The translations under genes and the position numbers were made by a program. A DNA stretch of 64,000 bases, taken from assembly GCA_963667465.2 (NCBI GenBank), contig CAXXDN010000002.1, positions 480,001-544,000 of the forward strand, written 5' to 3'. The notes under the pieces were generated by a model that saw only the letters and a list, made by a program, of their open reading frames with translations, made no database searches and had not been told where the DNA came from. The first letter of the stretch is position 1. Each line of letters begins with the position of its first letter. Shown piece after piece: positions 1-8,486 of the stretch. The stretch comes from Dehalococcoidia bacterium. Its GTDB lineage: Bacteria > Chloroflexota > Dehalococcoidia > UBA2979.

Positions 1-104
1 CAAGGTGAAAGGTGAACGGCGTCGACGTCTTCCACCCGAACACCGGCGAGGTGCGCAGCGACGGCCCGGAGGGCATCGCCTGCTGGTTCATCGACACCGA
101 CTAC
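1..104 (+). pseudogene. Fragment of the C-terminal region of a site-specific DNA methyltransferase (type III Mod-like)
   Basis: Reads VNGVDVFHPNTGEVRSDGPEGIACWFIDTDY, recalled from the C-terminus of large Mod-like MTases. Homology breaks at ~104 and the start is cut by the window edge. Confidence 0.6.
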
Positions 105-487
105 CGGTTGAAGTCAGTGGCGTGAGCCTCGTAGTTGAAGGCGCAGGCGATGAGCACGTCGAAGCCAGCGTCGGCGGCCTCGCGGGCGGCTTCGACGAGG
201 TCCGGCCGCGACACTGTGCCGAACTCCGGCCCGATGAAGATGCCGGCGCGCTTCTCGGCGCCCGTGCCGTTGGAGCCGGCGCCGTTCTCGGCGTAGCGCC
301 CCTCGGCGCAGACCATCTCGCCCGGCCACGGGGTCACAGAGGAGAACTCGATGCGGTCTTCCTTGTGCGCCTGCTGGACGCCGGCGGTCTGGAGGTGCTC
401 GATGATCGTCGAGCCAAAGTCCTTCGGCTCGAGGTACGTGGGCGAGCGCTCGGCGACGCCGTCGATGAGCTCGTCGTCCTGCTCGTC
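105..487 (-). pseudogene. Second, inverted fragment of the same DNA methyltransferase family
   Basis: Minus strand reads DDELIDGVAE...LQTAGVQQAHKEDRIEF...WPGEMVCAEGRY...KRAGIFIGPEFGTVSRPDLVEAAREAADAGFDVLIACAFNYEAH. No proper start, truncated at both ends. Confidence 0.6.
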
Positions 488-697
488 GTGACGCCGCCGC
501 GTACCGGCGAGCGCACGCTCGTCGCCGTCGAGAACCTGCTCGGCTCGATCGCGCTCCCGGAGCCGTTCGCGCTGGAGATCGCCGGCGACGCCGACGGCGT
601 CTCCGTGCTGACCCGCTGCGGCGAGCGCTCGCTCGCGCGCCAGCAGCTCGAGGCCTACTACCCGCAGGCGCGCATTGCCGAACTCAGTGATGACCCG
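479..697 (+). pseudogene. Fragment resembling the N-terminus of a type IV coupling protein (VirD4/TraG-like) of Chloroflexota
   Basis: LLVVTPPRTGERTLVAVENLLGSIALPEPFALEIAGDADGVSVLTRC...QQLEAYYPQARIAELSDDP. Coding-like codon usage, no start, degenerates after DDP. Family call is from memory. Confidence 0.4.
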
Positions 698-768
698 TCA
701 CACCGCCACCGAAGCCGGCACGCGCGTGCACGCGCACATCTGCACATCAGCCTTGCCGCCCGGATCGA

Positions 769-795
769 GATTCCCGCGCTGCGCGCAGGTATGAC
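769..795. repeat. REP-like imperfect palindrome, possibly the terminator of the ABC operon
   Basis: GATTCCCGCGCTGCGCGCAGGTATGAC resembles GTCATTCCCGCG..GCGGGAATC-type REP elements and lies just past the stop at 811. Confidence 0.35.
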
Positions 796-810
796 GAGTG
801 GTTCCGTGGC

Positions 811-3747
811 TCATGTTCTGGCGAGTTGGCGCTCGATGAGGTGACGGAAGGGGCCCTCGACGTTCGATAGCTCGTCGAAGTCGCCGACTTGGACGACGCG
901 GCCCCGCTGCATCACGTAGATGCGGTCGGCTTGGCGAATCGTCGACATGCGATGCGCAATCACAATGCGAGTCGCGGCGAGCCGCTCGATGCTCCGCATC
1001 ACCTGCGCCTGACTGCGGGAGTCGAGCCAGCTGGTCGCCTCGTCGAGCCAGATGACGCGCGGATTGCGGACGAGCGCCGCGGCGATCCGGAGGCGCTGGG
1101 TCTGTCCGCCGGAGAACGTGGCCGAACCCTCGGTGACGACGGTGTAGAGCTGCATCGGCATCTGCGAGATCTCGTCCTCGATGGCGGCCTCACGAACGGC
1201 GCGCCACGCGTCTTCGATCGTGAGCTCGTCGCCCATGCCGATGATGTTGTCGAGCAGGCTTCCAGGCTGCAGTGCTCCGTCTTGCATGACCACGCCGAGC
1301 TGGCGTCGCAGCGCTTGACGATCGAGCGAGGCGAGGTCCCGACCGTCGTAGTAGATGCTGCCAGCGGTCGGATCCTCGAGCCCCAGCGCGAGCCGCATCA
1401 GCGTGCTCTTGCCCGAGCCTGACTCGCCCACGATGGCGATGAACTCGCCCGCCCGAGCGGAGATTGAAACGTCCTCGAGCAATGGCGTATCAGGCTGGTA
1501 ACGAAAGCTGACGTGGTCGAAGCGGACGTCGCCCTGTGGTGAGATCGGGGCGCCGCTGAGCGCGCCGGTCTCGGGCAGCTCGTCCAGAACTGGCTTGACC
1601 TGCTCGTAGCCGGGCAGCGCGGCGGCGATCGCTTCAAACGAGCGCCCGAGGTTGGCGGCGGCCGCGAAGAACGTCATCACGATTGCGTAAACGACGAGGA
1701 AGTCGCTGATCTGAAGAACATCGGCGTCGCGAGAGAGCGCGACTGCGAACAGCGCCGCGCCGACGAGCACGGGGGTCGCGGCGCTGAGCGAGACGAGGTG
1801 TTCGTTCAGCCGCGAGATCTGAATGCCGGCGAGATGTTGCTCACGATAGTGTCGGGCCCAGGCAGCGAAGGCCGAAGGCTCGGCGCCCGCGCCTCTGAGC
1901 TTGCTGATCCCGTTGATGAACTGAAGGAGCTCGCCGGCTAGCCGACGCTCGGCGGCGAAGCTGCGTCGTTGTGGCCGGAGTTGCCAGAGTCCGATGATCG
2001 CCGTGAGCAGCATCATCGCGACGGCCAACGCAATGCTGACCATGGCGAGCGTGACGTCGTAGAAGAAGAGAATCGCCAGTGTCGGCAGGAGGAAGACGAA
2101 CGAGAGCAACGCGTTCGCGACGACGCCCGAGATCTGGTCGCGCATGAGCTGGAACGTCGCCATGCGGATCGCGAGCTCGCCAGCGGTGAAGCGCCGGAAG
2201 AAGGTCGGTGAGAGCGTGAGGAGGCGATCCCAGACGGCAGCGCTGACACGAGCTGCGCCGCGTCCCTCGAGGCGCATCATCGAGGTGCCTTGCAGCACCT
2301 GAAACAGCACGCCCACGACACCGAAGGCGCCCAGCGCGATCATCAGTTGGAGCAGGATGTCGCCAGCGGCGGAGGCGAGCACCCAGTCGGTGAGGACGCC
2401 GACGACGATCGCTGGCGCCTGCAACAGCAACGCCGCTAGTAGTCCCGCAAGCGCGAAGCGGACGAAGCTCCCCGCGGCGCCTTGTCCGCCGATGCGGGCC
2501 AGATCAGTTGCGCCGACCGTGCGCTCTGTGGGCAACGTTGGGTAGCAAAGCCAAGCGTCGGAGTGGAGCTGGGCCGCGCGCGACTCATCCACTCGGACTC
2601 GCGCTCCGCTGGTGGCATCGATCATCCGATAGCGACCGCTCCAGTGCGGCAACAGCGCAACGGGCCGACGTTCCTCGCCGTGGAAGCCGATCATTGCGCC
2701 GCTGTCGCCGCGCCACCAGCGATCCTCCGGTTGGAGGCGCACCTGTCGGGCGCGGACTCCTGACGCGCTCAACACCGCGGCGAGCGTCGGTTCCTCGGCG
2801 ACCAAACCTGGTTGCGGAGCAGGTCGCTGGAAGCGCAGGCCTTCGTGATCGCCGATCAGCGCGAGCGCCGACATCAGCGCGGAGCCATCGTGGGCGACAG
2901 TGTCGCGCTCGCGGGCGAGAAGTTGATTGAGCCCAGCCCGAGCCTGCTCGGCGTCGCGACGACGGAGCGCCTCGCGCGCGGTCTGCTCGTTGACGACATC
3001 GGCCTGGAGCAGCAGTCGATTGAGCTGCTCGGCGCCGATTGCGAGCGCGTGGAATTCGTCCAAAGCCTGCAGCAGCCGTCCCGATTGCGCGAGCTGGCGC
3101 GATCGGAGCACTTCGAGCGCCGTCTCGGCCGAGAACGTGAGCCACGTGTCGAAGCTGAGCGGAGCGAGTCCGATGTCGTCGGGCGATGGAGTCTCCGTGC
3201 CGAGATAGGCTGCCTCACCCTGGTCGACGCCGATCCAGACCACCGCTCCGGCACGGGTCGAGAGCACGCTGTTCGCGTCTGCGTGGATGGGGGAGCGATT
3301 CGCGGGGTCAACGACAAGCGTCGGACGTGGTCGAGGATCGATTCTCACCGCCACGGCGCTGCCGATCGCGCTGACCCAGCGGTCGACCTGGTCAGCGAGC
3401 TCATCCGCGAACTCGCGTGCCGCGAGCGCCGATCTCCGCAGCTTGGCCAAACGCGCGCCTGGCAGGCCCTTGGCAATGGCTACCAACGGCGTGCCGTGCG
3501 AGCCGATTCCGAAGAGCAGCTGTCCCGCCTCGGCTCGAACGATGTGTCGCGCCGACGAACTGGTGAGACCGTCCGCTTGCTCAAACAGAAACACGTCGAC
3601 CGCACCCTCGAGCACGAGGTAGGCGACTGACGGATCGCCGAGTGTGATCGGATGGTTGGCGGCGCTCGCGACCGCCTCACCCTCGCTGAGCGCGAAGCTC
3701 ACGAGTCGGGATTGCTCACGAGCATCGGTGGTTTGGTGAGTCGTCAT
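811..3747 (-). CDS. NHLM/NHLP bacteriocin-system ABC transporter, permease/ATPase subunit with N-terminal cNMP-binding-like domain
   Basis: 978 aa. YLVLEGAVDVF cNMP-like N-terminus; family motif GVRARQVRL..RWWRGDSGAMIGF; Walker A GESGSGKST; FSGGQ; WLDEATS; IAHR. Overlaps the upstream gene by ATGA. Confidence 0.9.
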   Translation of the reverse strand: MTTHQTTDAREQSRLVSFALSEGEAVASAANHPITLGDPSVAYLVLEGAVDVFLFEQADGLTSSSARHIVRAEAGQLLFGIGSHGTPLVAIAKGLPGARLAKLRRSALAAREFADELADQVDRWVSAIGSAVAVRIDPRPRPTLVVDPANRSPIHADANSVLSTRAGAVVWIGVDQGEAAYLGTETPSPDDIGLAPLSFDTWLTFSAETALEVLRSRQLAQSGRLLQALDEFHALAIGAEQLNRLLLQADVVNEQTAREALRRRDAEQARAGLNQLLARERDTVAHDGSALMSALALIGDHEGLRFQRPAPQPGLVAEEPTLAAVLSASGVRARQVRLQPEDRWWRGDSGAMIGFHGEERRPVALLPHWSGRYRMIDATSGARVRVDESRAAQLHSDAWLCYPTLPTERTVGATDLARIGGQGAAGSFVRFALAGLLAALLLQAPAIVVGVLTDWVLASAAGDILLQLMIALGAFGVVGVLFQVLQGTSMMRLEGRGAARVSAAVWDRLLTLSPTFFRRFTAGELAIRMATFQLMRDQISGVVANALLSFVFLLPTLAILFFYDVTLAMVSIALAVAMMLLTAIIGLWQLRPQRRSFAAERRLAGELLQFINGISKLRGAGAEPSAFAAWARHYREQHLAGIQISRLNEHLVSLSAATPVLVGAALFAVALSRDADVLQISDFLVVYAIVMTFFAAAANLGRSFEAIAAALPGYEQVKPVLDELPETGALSGAPISPQGDVRFDHVSFRYQPDTPLLEDVSISARAGEFIAIVGESGSGKSTLMRLALGLEDPTAGSIYYDGRDLASLDRQALRRQLGVVMQDGALQPGSLLDNIIGMGDELTIEDAWRAVREAAIEDEISQMPMQLYTVVTEGSATFSGGQTQRLRIAAALVRNPRVIWLDEATSWLDSRSQAQVMRSIERLAATRIVIAHRMSTIRQADRIYVMQRGRVVQVGDFDELSNVEGPFRHLIERQLART

Positions 3748-5960
3748 TGGGACTGCACCAGTTGGGCGTAGATGCCGTCGCGATCGGCGATCAGGTCCTC
3801 ATGCACGCCACGCTGCACTTCGCGACCCTGATCGAGCACGATGATCTGGTCGCAGTCGCGGATCGTGCTGAGTCGGTGCGCCACGATCAGGCAGGAGCAG
3901 CCGCGGCGGCGCAGTGCGTCGTCGATCCGCTGCTCGGTGACTGCGTCGAGAGTGCTCGTTGCCTCATCCAGGAAGAGCAGCGACGGTCGGTTGACGAGCG
4001 CCCGCGCGATCTCGAGGCGTTGGCGCTGTCCGCCACTGAAGTTCCGTCCGCCTTCCTGGACATGGGCGTCGTAGCCACCGCTCCGACCGACGATCTCCTC
4101 GTGGATCATGGCGTCGCGAGCGGCGGCGACCATATCGGCTTCAGCGATGGCAGCGTTCCACATCTTCAGGTTGTCGCGGATGGTTCCGTCGAAGAGCGCG
4201 ATCTGCTGGTCGACCGTCGCCAGAGACGCAGTCAGGACGGAGCGTGGAACATCGCGCATGGGCACGCCGTCGAAGTGGATCTCGCCCGACCAGAGGGTGT
4301 ATTCGCCAGTCAGGAGTCGCAGCAGGGTCGATTTGCCGGAGCCGGTTGGTCCGACGATGGCGACCCGCTGACCGGGCTCGATTGTGAGGCTGACGCCGTC
4401 GATCAGCGGGTCGGCGTTACGTCGGTAGCCGAAGCGGACATCGCGCAGCTCAAGTCGGCCCGCGAGTCGGAGCCGACCGTTGAGGCTGGCCACCGCGCCG
4501 TCCTGACGCTCCCGCTGCGACGACTCGGCGGCGGTGAGCGCTACGTCTTCCTCGGCGCCAAGGATGTCGGCGACGCGTTGGAGGTCGGCCTCGAGCAGCT
4601 GGAAGGAGTCGGCGAACTGGACGAAGCGTCCGATCGGTGCGAGGAAGTTGCCAGCCAACACGTAGACCGCAATCAGCTCACCGATCGTGAGGTCGCCCTC
4701 GATCACGCGCCAACCGCCGAGTCCGAGCACGGCCATTCCGCCCATGAGCAAGAACAGTCGCGGCAACGCCGCATTGACGTAGCCAAGCTCGACGAAGCGC
4801 TGTCGGGCTGCCAGTTCCCGCGCCTGGTAACCGCTCCAGCGAGCAAAGAAGTCGTTCTCGGCAGCGGTGGCGCGGAGCGAGTCAATCTGTCGCAGTCCGG
4901 CTGTCTCGATCCCGAAGAGCAACGCCTGCTCGCGACGTAGCTGTCGATTCTGGTCCAGCCGACGCTGACTCAAGACGCGCGCCACGAGCACATTACCAAC
5001 GGCAATCGTGAGCACGACCAAGCCGATCAGCGGGTCATAGACGACGAGCAGCGCAAACAGGAGAGCGCTCATAATCAGCTCGACGACCACACCCACGAGC
5101 TGTTGCGCAGCGCCTGCGGCGATCTGATCAACGAGGCTGAGTCGGGCAGCGAGCTCCCCGGCGAATCGATGTGCGAAATACTGTATGGGTAGTCGGAAGA
5201 GTCGCCAGAGCAGTCGCTGCGACTGGGTCACGGCGAGCTGGATCGTGATCTTGCGCAGCATCACCTGTTGCAGCCACGTGAGCACGTAGACCGTGAAACC
5301 AGCGAGCACCATCGCGCCGACAATCCAACCTCCCCAATCGCGCTGACCGCCGATGAGGACGTCGTCGACGAAGATGCTCAGAAGGATCGGCAGCGCGAGC
5401 GCCGGGATCGCGAGCAGCAGACCGGCCAGCGTGACATAGGCCAGCGCGCCCTGAGCCTCCCGCAACCAAGGCCAGAGCGCGCGCCAAATGTTGGGCGGCT
5501 CGCCACCGGGACAGAACGATTCCGTTGGCTCGGCCGTCAGGACGATTCCAGTGAACGCCTCGCTGAAGGTCTCGCGGCTCACCGTGCGTCGGCCGTTGGC
5601 GGGATCGTTGAGGTGGAAGCGATCCTCAGACATCCCCTCTAGCACGAGGAAATGGTTGAACTCCCAGAAGAGAATGGCGGGAAGATTGACCTCACTGAGT
5701 GACTCCACATCCTTGCGCCAACCGCGGATACGGAGGCCGTAACGCTCACCGGCGCGAACAATGCCCGCGGCATTGGAGCCGTCGCGGCTGACGCCGCAGG
5801 CCTCGCGCAGCTCCTCAAGCGGGACCCAACGTCCGAGGTGCGCGAGGACAATCCCGAGCGAAGCCGCACCGCATTCGGCTGCCTCAAGCTGCGGGATAAT
5901 CGGCGTGCGCAACCGACGTCGGCGGAAGGATGGCCAGCCTGGTCTGGAGAGGATCGCCAC
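3744..5960 (-). CDS. NHLM/NHLP bacteriocin-system peptidase-containing ABC transporter (C39 peptidase/permease/ATPase)
   Basis: RTPIIPQLEAAECGAASLGIVLAH..LEELREACGVSRDGS with catalytic Cys; WEFNHF His; LNDPA Asp; GPTGSGKST; FSGGQRQRLEIARAL. GTG start at 5960 preceded by GGAG. Confidence 0.92.
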   Translation of the reverse strand: MAILSRPGWPSFRRRRLRTPIIPQLEAAECGAASLGIVLAHLGRWVPLEELREACGVSRDGSNAAGIVRAGERYGLRIRGWRKDVESLSEVNLPAILFWEFNHFLVLEGMSEDRFHLNDPANGRRTVSRETFSEAFTGIVLTAEPTESFCPGGEPPNIWRALWPWLREAQGALAYVTLAGLLLAIPALALPILLSIFVDDVLIGGQRDWGGWIVGAMVLAGFTVYVLTWLQQVMLRKITIQLAVTQSQRLLWRLFRLPIQYFAHRFAGELAARLSLVDQIAAGAAQQLVGVVVELIMSALLFALLVVYDPLIGLVVLTIAVGNVLVARVLSQRRLDQNRQLRREQALLFGIETAGLRQIDSLRATAAENDFFARWSGYQARELAARQRFVELGYVNAALPRLFLLMGGMAVLGLGGWRVIEGDLTIGELIAVYVLAGNFLAPIGRFVQFADSFQLLEADLQRVADILGAEEDVALTAAESSQRERQDGAVASLNGRLRLAGRLELRDVRFGYRRNADPLIDGVSLTIEPGQRVAIVGPTGSGKSTLLRLLTGEYTLWSGEIHFDGVPMRDVPRSVLTASLATVDQQIALFDGTIRDNLKMWNAAIAEADMVAAARDAMIHEEIVGRSGGYDAHVQEGGRNFSGGQRQRLEIARALVNRPSLLFLDEATSTLDAVTEQRIDDALRRRGCSCLIVAHRLSTIRDCDQIIVLDQGREVQRGVHEDLIADRDGIYAQLVQSQ

Positions 5961-5965
5961 GGCCG

Positions 5966-6478
5966 TTACTCCAGCCCGAGTGGAGCGGCGCTGATCACGG
6001 CGATCAGTCGAATCGGCGATTCGCGGCTGGTAACGATGCGCAGGTGGCAGGTGTCGCCGTCGCGCCACGCTTCCGACGGCGCGTCCGACAGGCTGACTTG
6101 GATCAGTGGTCGGCGCTCGTTGGCGTCCGAGGTCTGGATTGCGACCTGGGAAACCTGACCAGCGAGCGCTCTGTCGGAGCCAACGCGGCTGACTCGCGCC
6201 GACATCCCGACCGCGACCCGTCGCGCGTCGGCGGTGGAAAGTTGCGCCTCAGCGGCGGGCTCTCCGGCCGGGGTTGAGACGAGGACGCAGGGCGCGGAGA
6301 GCCCGCGTTCGATCGTGCCAAACACAGCCCAGAGCAGGACGCCAACCATCGCGCAGCCGAGCATCGCCAAGAAAAGCCACTCGTGCGGAGCGGTAATGCG
6401 GAGCAAACCATCGATCGGTTCGCTGCGTCCGCGTCGGGCGAAGGCTTCGTCGCGATACAGCCGCCGACGCTCGGACAT
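5966..6478 (-). CDS. Short NHLM-system secretion (membrane fusion/HlyD-like) protein lacking the coiled-coil hairpin
   Basis: N-terminal LYRDEAF..EPIDGLLRITAPHEW plus one TM helix, and C-terminal GDTCHLRIVTSRESPIRL, match the ends of NHLM secretion proteins. Only 170 aa. GGAGG SD upstream. Confidence 0.75.
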   Translation of the reverse strand: MSERRRLYRDEAFARRGRSEPIDGLLRITAPHEWLFLAMLGCAMVGVLLWAVFGTIERGLSAPCVLVSTPAGEPAAEAQLSTADARRVAVGMSARVSRVGSDRALAGQVSQVAIQTSDANERRPLIQVSLSDAPSEAWRDGDTCHLRIVTSRESPIRLIAVISAAPLGLE

Positions 6479-6737
6479 CGCAGAACACCCTCCGCCAGCT
6501 CAAGTCAGGAGCCGAGCTTGGGTCAGGCTAACGCGCTGATCGAGAACGCTATGCGTCGCTGTAGCGGAAACGGCAAGTTTCCCAGGCCATACGGATCTCT
6601 GTAGGTGACGTCCCGTCTTGGGCCTCGGCGCGCGATGCTCAAAGGTAGGGCTCGACGGGACCTGGAGGGCTCGCGGTCGTCGGCCTTCGGTTCATCGACC
6701 GCTCGGTCATGGCCATACCCTGCTGGACTTCAATGTG

Positions 6738-6917
6738 CTACGTCTTGTTCGACGATGATCCGCTGCCCGCGTTGTGATACGTGTGTGACGACGCAGGCGA
6801 GCTTGCCTTGCCGGCGGCGCTGATCTGATTCAGCTCCTCAGCGCTGAGCTCGTCGACGTTCGCGGCAACGGCTTCCTTGGCCTGGTCCCTGGTTGCTGCG
6901 TCAGTCTGCTTTGCCAT
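6738..6917 (-). CDS. Precursor peptide B (59 aa), double-glycine-type leader
   Basis: MAKQTDAATRDQAKEAVAANVDELSAEELNQISAA-GKASSPASSHTYHNAGSGSSSNKT. AGGTG SD before the ATG at 6917. Leader is paralogous to peptide A. Confidence 0.85.
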   Translation of the reverse strand: MAKQTDAATRDQAKEAVAANVDELSAEELNQISAAGKASSPASSHTYHNAGSGSSSNKT

Positions 6918-6967
6918 ACTGCACCTGTTCCCGAACACTGACCACCCGTTGGGAACCGGATCGTGCC

Positions 6968-7141
6968 CTAGTCGATCGTTGCCTGCCACGGCTGCTGCGC
7001 GTTGTTGTAGGAGCTGCGCTTGCCGGCGCCCGTGCCACCGCTGACGTCTTCAAGCTCCTCGGCGCTGAGCTGCTCATCAACCCGAGCGGCGACGGTTTCC
7101 TCGGCTTCGTCCTTGGTTGTCGCGTCAGTCTGCTTTGGCAT
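6968..7141 (-). CDS. Precursor peptide A (57 aa, not in the ORF track), double-glycine leader
   Basis: Hand translation: MPKQTDATTKDEAEETVAARVDEQLSAEELEDVSGG-TGAGKRSSYNNAQQPWQATID*. Canonical LSxEELxxVSGG motif; AGAGGTGA SD. Confidence 0.9.
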   Translation of the reverse strand: MPKQTDATTKDEAEETVAARVDEQLSAEELEDVSGGTGAGKRSSYNNAQQPWQATID

Positions 7142-7164
7142 GCCTCACCTCTTGTCGAGCCCGA

Positions 7165-7192
7165 ATCGTATCAGTCCGAATCAGGTTGTCAA
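7165..7192 (-). promoter_or_regulatory. Sigma70-type promoter of the peptide/export operon
   Basis: Minus strand TTGACA-N16-TACGAT with extended -10 TG, ending 23 nt upstream of the peptide A ATG. GATTCGG occurs twice, in the spacer and overlapping the -10. Confidence 0.75.
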
Positions 7193-7289
7193 TACGCAAC
7201 TGGCGCAAAGCCGGATGTCGGCCTCCACGACGGGACGCACCATCCGGGCGATGCGCCCGCGCCGGGCCCTGATGCCCCGCAGGACGCGC

Positions 7290-8082
7290 CCCGGTAATGC
7301 AACGCCACCTGGATGCCGTAGTCCACCGTGAGACTGATGATGAGTATCGGGATGATCACCGAAATGCCGCTCGGCCGGCCGAGGAGGCCGAGCCCGTTCG
7401 GCCCCAGCCAACCCTCCGCGCCGACGACCCACACGATGGCCATCAGCAGGCCTGTGAGCGAAAGCACCACGTCCGATGGCGACCTGAGGAAGAGAAACAT
7501 CAGAACCGCGATCAGCAGAAATGATGCTCCGATGAGCGGGGTGATGTCCTCCCGGTACGACCGCTGATACTCGTCCTCGATCACCGCCTGGGACACACTG
7601 CTCACGAGCAGCGGGCTGGTTTCGCCAGCCACGATCTCGTGAATCGTGCGCTCAGCGTCCTTTATTCGCTCGTCGCCGGTGTCTCGGAGGCGGATCGCGG
7701 CGATCGCGACCGGTGTGCCGTCGGTGTCGGTTCCGGTCAGCGAGTTGAGAGCGCCCTCGATCTCGGGAACGCTGCGTACGGCGTCAATCCGTTCCTGTGA
7801 GAGCGACTCGAGACCGTCTGCCCCGAGCACGGATTCGATGATCAGAGAGGGTGCGGCGATCGGGTCGGTTGGCGCGAACAACTCCGCCAGCTCGGGGTCG
7901 CTCGCGATCTCCGCAATCAGGCCGGACATCTGCGAGAGTCCGTCGGGGGTCAGCGCCTCCCCGCGGAAGAGCAGCGTGACCACGTTGATCTCGCCCGACT
8001 CTCCGAAGAGCTCGCCGATTTCGTCCAGTGCCCTGGCGACAGCATTGTCGCGGGGAAAGTACCCATCCGTCTCGTCGAGCTC
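7290..8082 (-). pseudogene. Internal fragment of an MMPL/RND-family transporter
   Basis: GYFPRDNAVARALDEI..., FLRSPSDVVLSLTGLLMAIVW, IPILIISLTVDYGIQVALHYR. No own start and TM1 missing; homology ends abruptly after HYR. Confidence 0.75.
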
Positions 8083-8263
8083 AGCGCGTAGCTCGCGCTC
8101 GTCGCCGCCGTGGCCGCGCAGTCGCCGCCCCACGCCGCCAGCTTGTGCCCGTCCGCAGCGGTCGCCGTGACCGTGACCGCAGTGCCCGCTACGTAGCCCG
8201 GTCCGGCCGGGTCCGCGCTCAGGCTCCCGCCCGCACCCGCCGCGAGCGTCAGCGTGTAGGTCG
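8081..8263. repeat. Direct repeat copy 1 (~183 bp; copy 2 at 9175-9357)
   Basis: Near-identical nucleotide sequence at an offset of 1094 bp. Confidence 0.9.
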
Positions 8264-8486
8264 CGGGTGTCGCCGTGGCGGTCGGCGTCGATGTGGCCGT
8301 CGCGGTTGCAGTCGGCGTGGGTGTCGGCGTCGCCGTGGCGGTTGGCGTCGGCGTGGCCGTTGTCGTCGGGGTCACGGTCGCCGTGTGGTCGGCGGCGACG
8401 CGCGGCGGCTCGCCGCCGCCGAGGCTCGCCGCGGCGGCCACGGCCAGCGCGAGCACCACGATCGCCGCCAGCGCGCGCCCGCTCAC
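8082..8486 (-). pseudogene. Truncated secreted surface protein (signal peptide, TP/TA linker, divergent InlB-B-like bacterial repeat)
   Basis: GTG overlaps the LRR gene stop (GTGA). MSGRALAAIVVLALAVAAAAS signal, TPTA repeats, YTLTLAAGAGGSLSADP...WGGDC, then a break into MMPL sequence. Confidence 0.7.

Noticed and set aside
6639-6716. 25-aa minus-strand ORF MAMTERSMNRRPTTASPPGPVEPYL as a third precursor or immunity peptide
   Set aside because: No leader similarity to A or B, a weak SD, and no supporting features.
6738-7141. Classifying the peptides as lanthipeptides, thiazole-containing TOMMs or sactipeptides
   Set aside because: The cores contain no Cys, and no LanM, YcaO or rSAM gene is present in the window.
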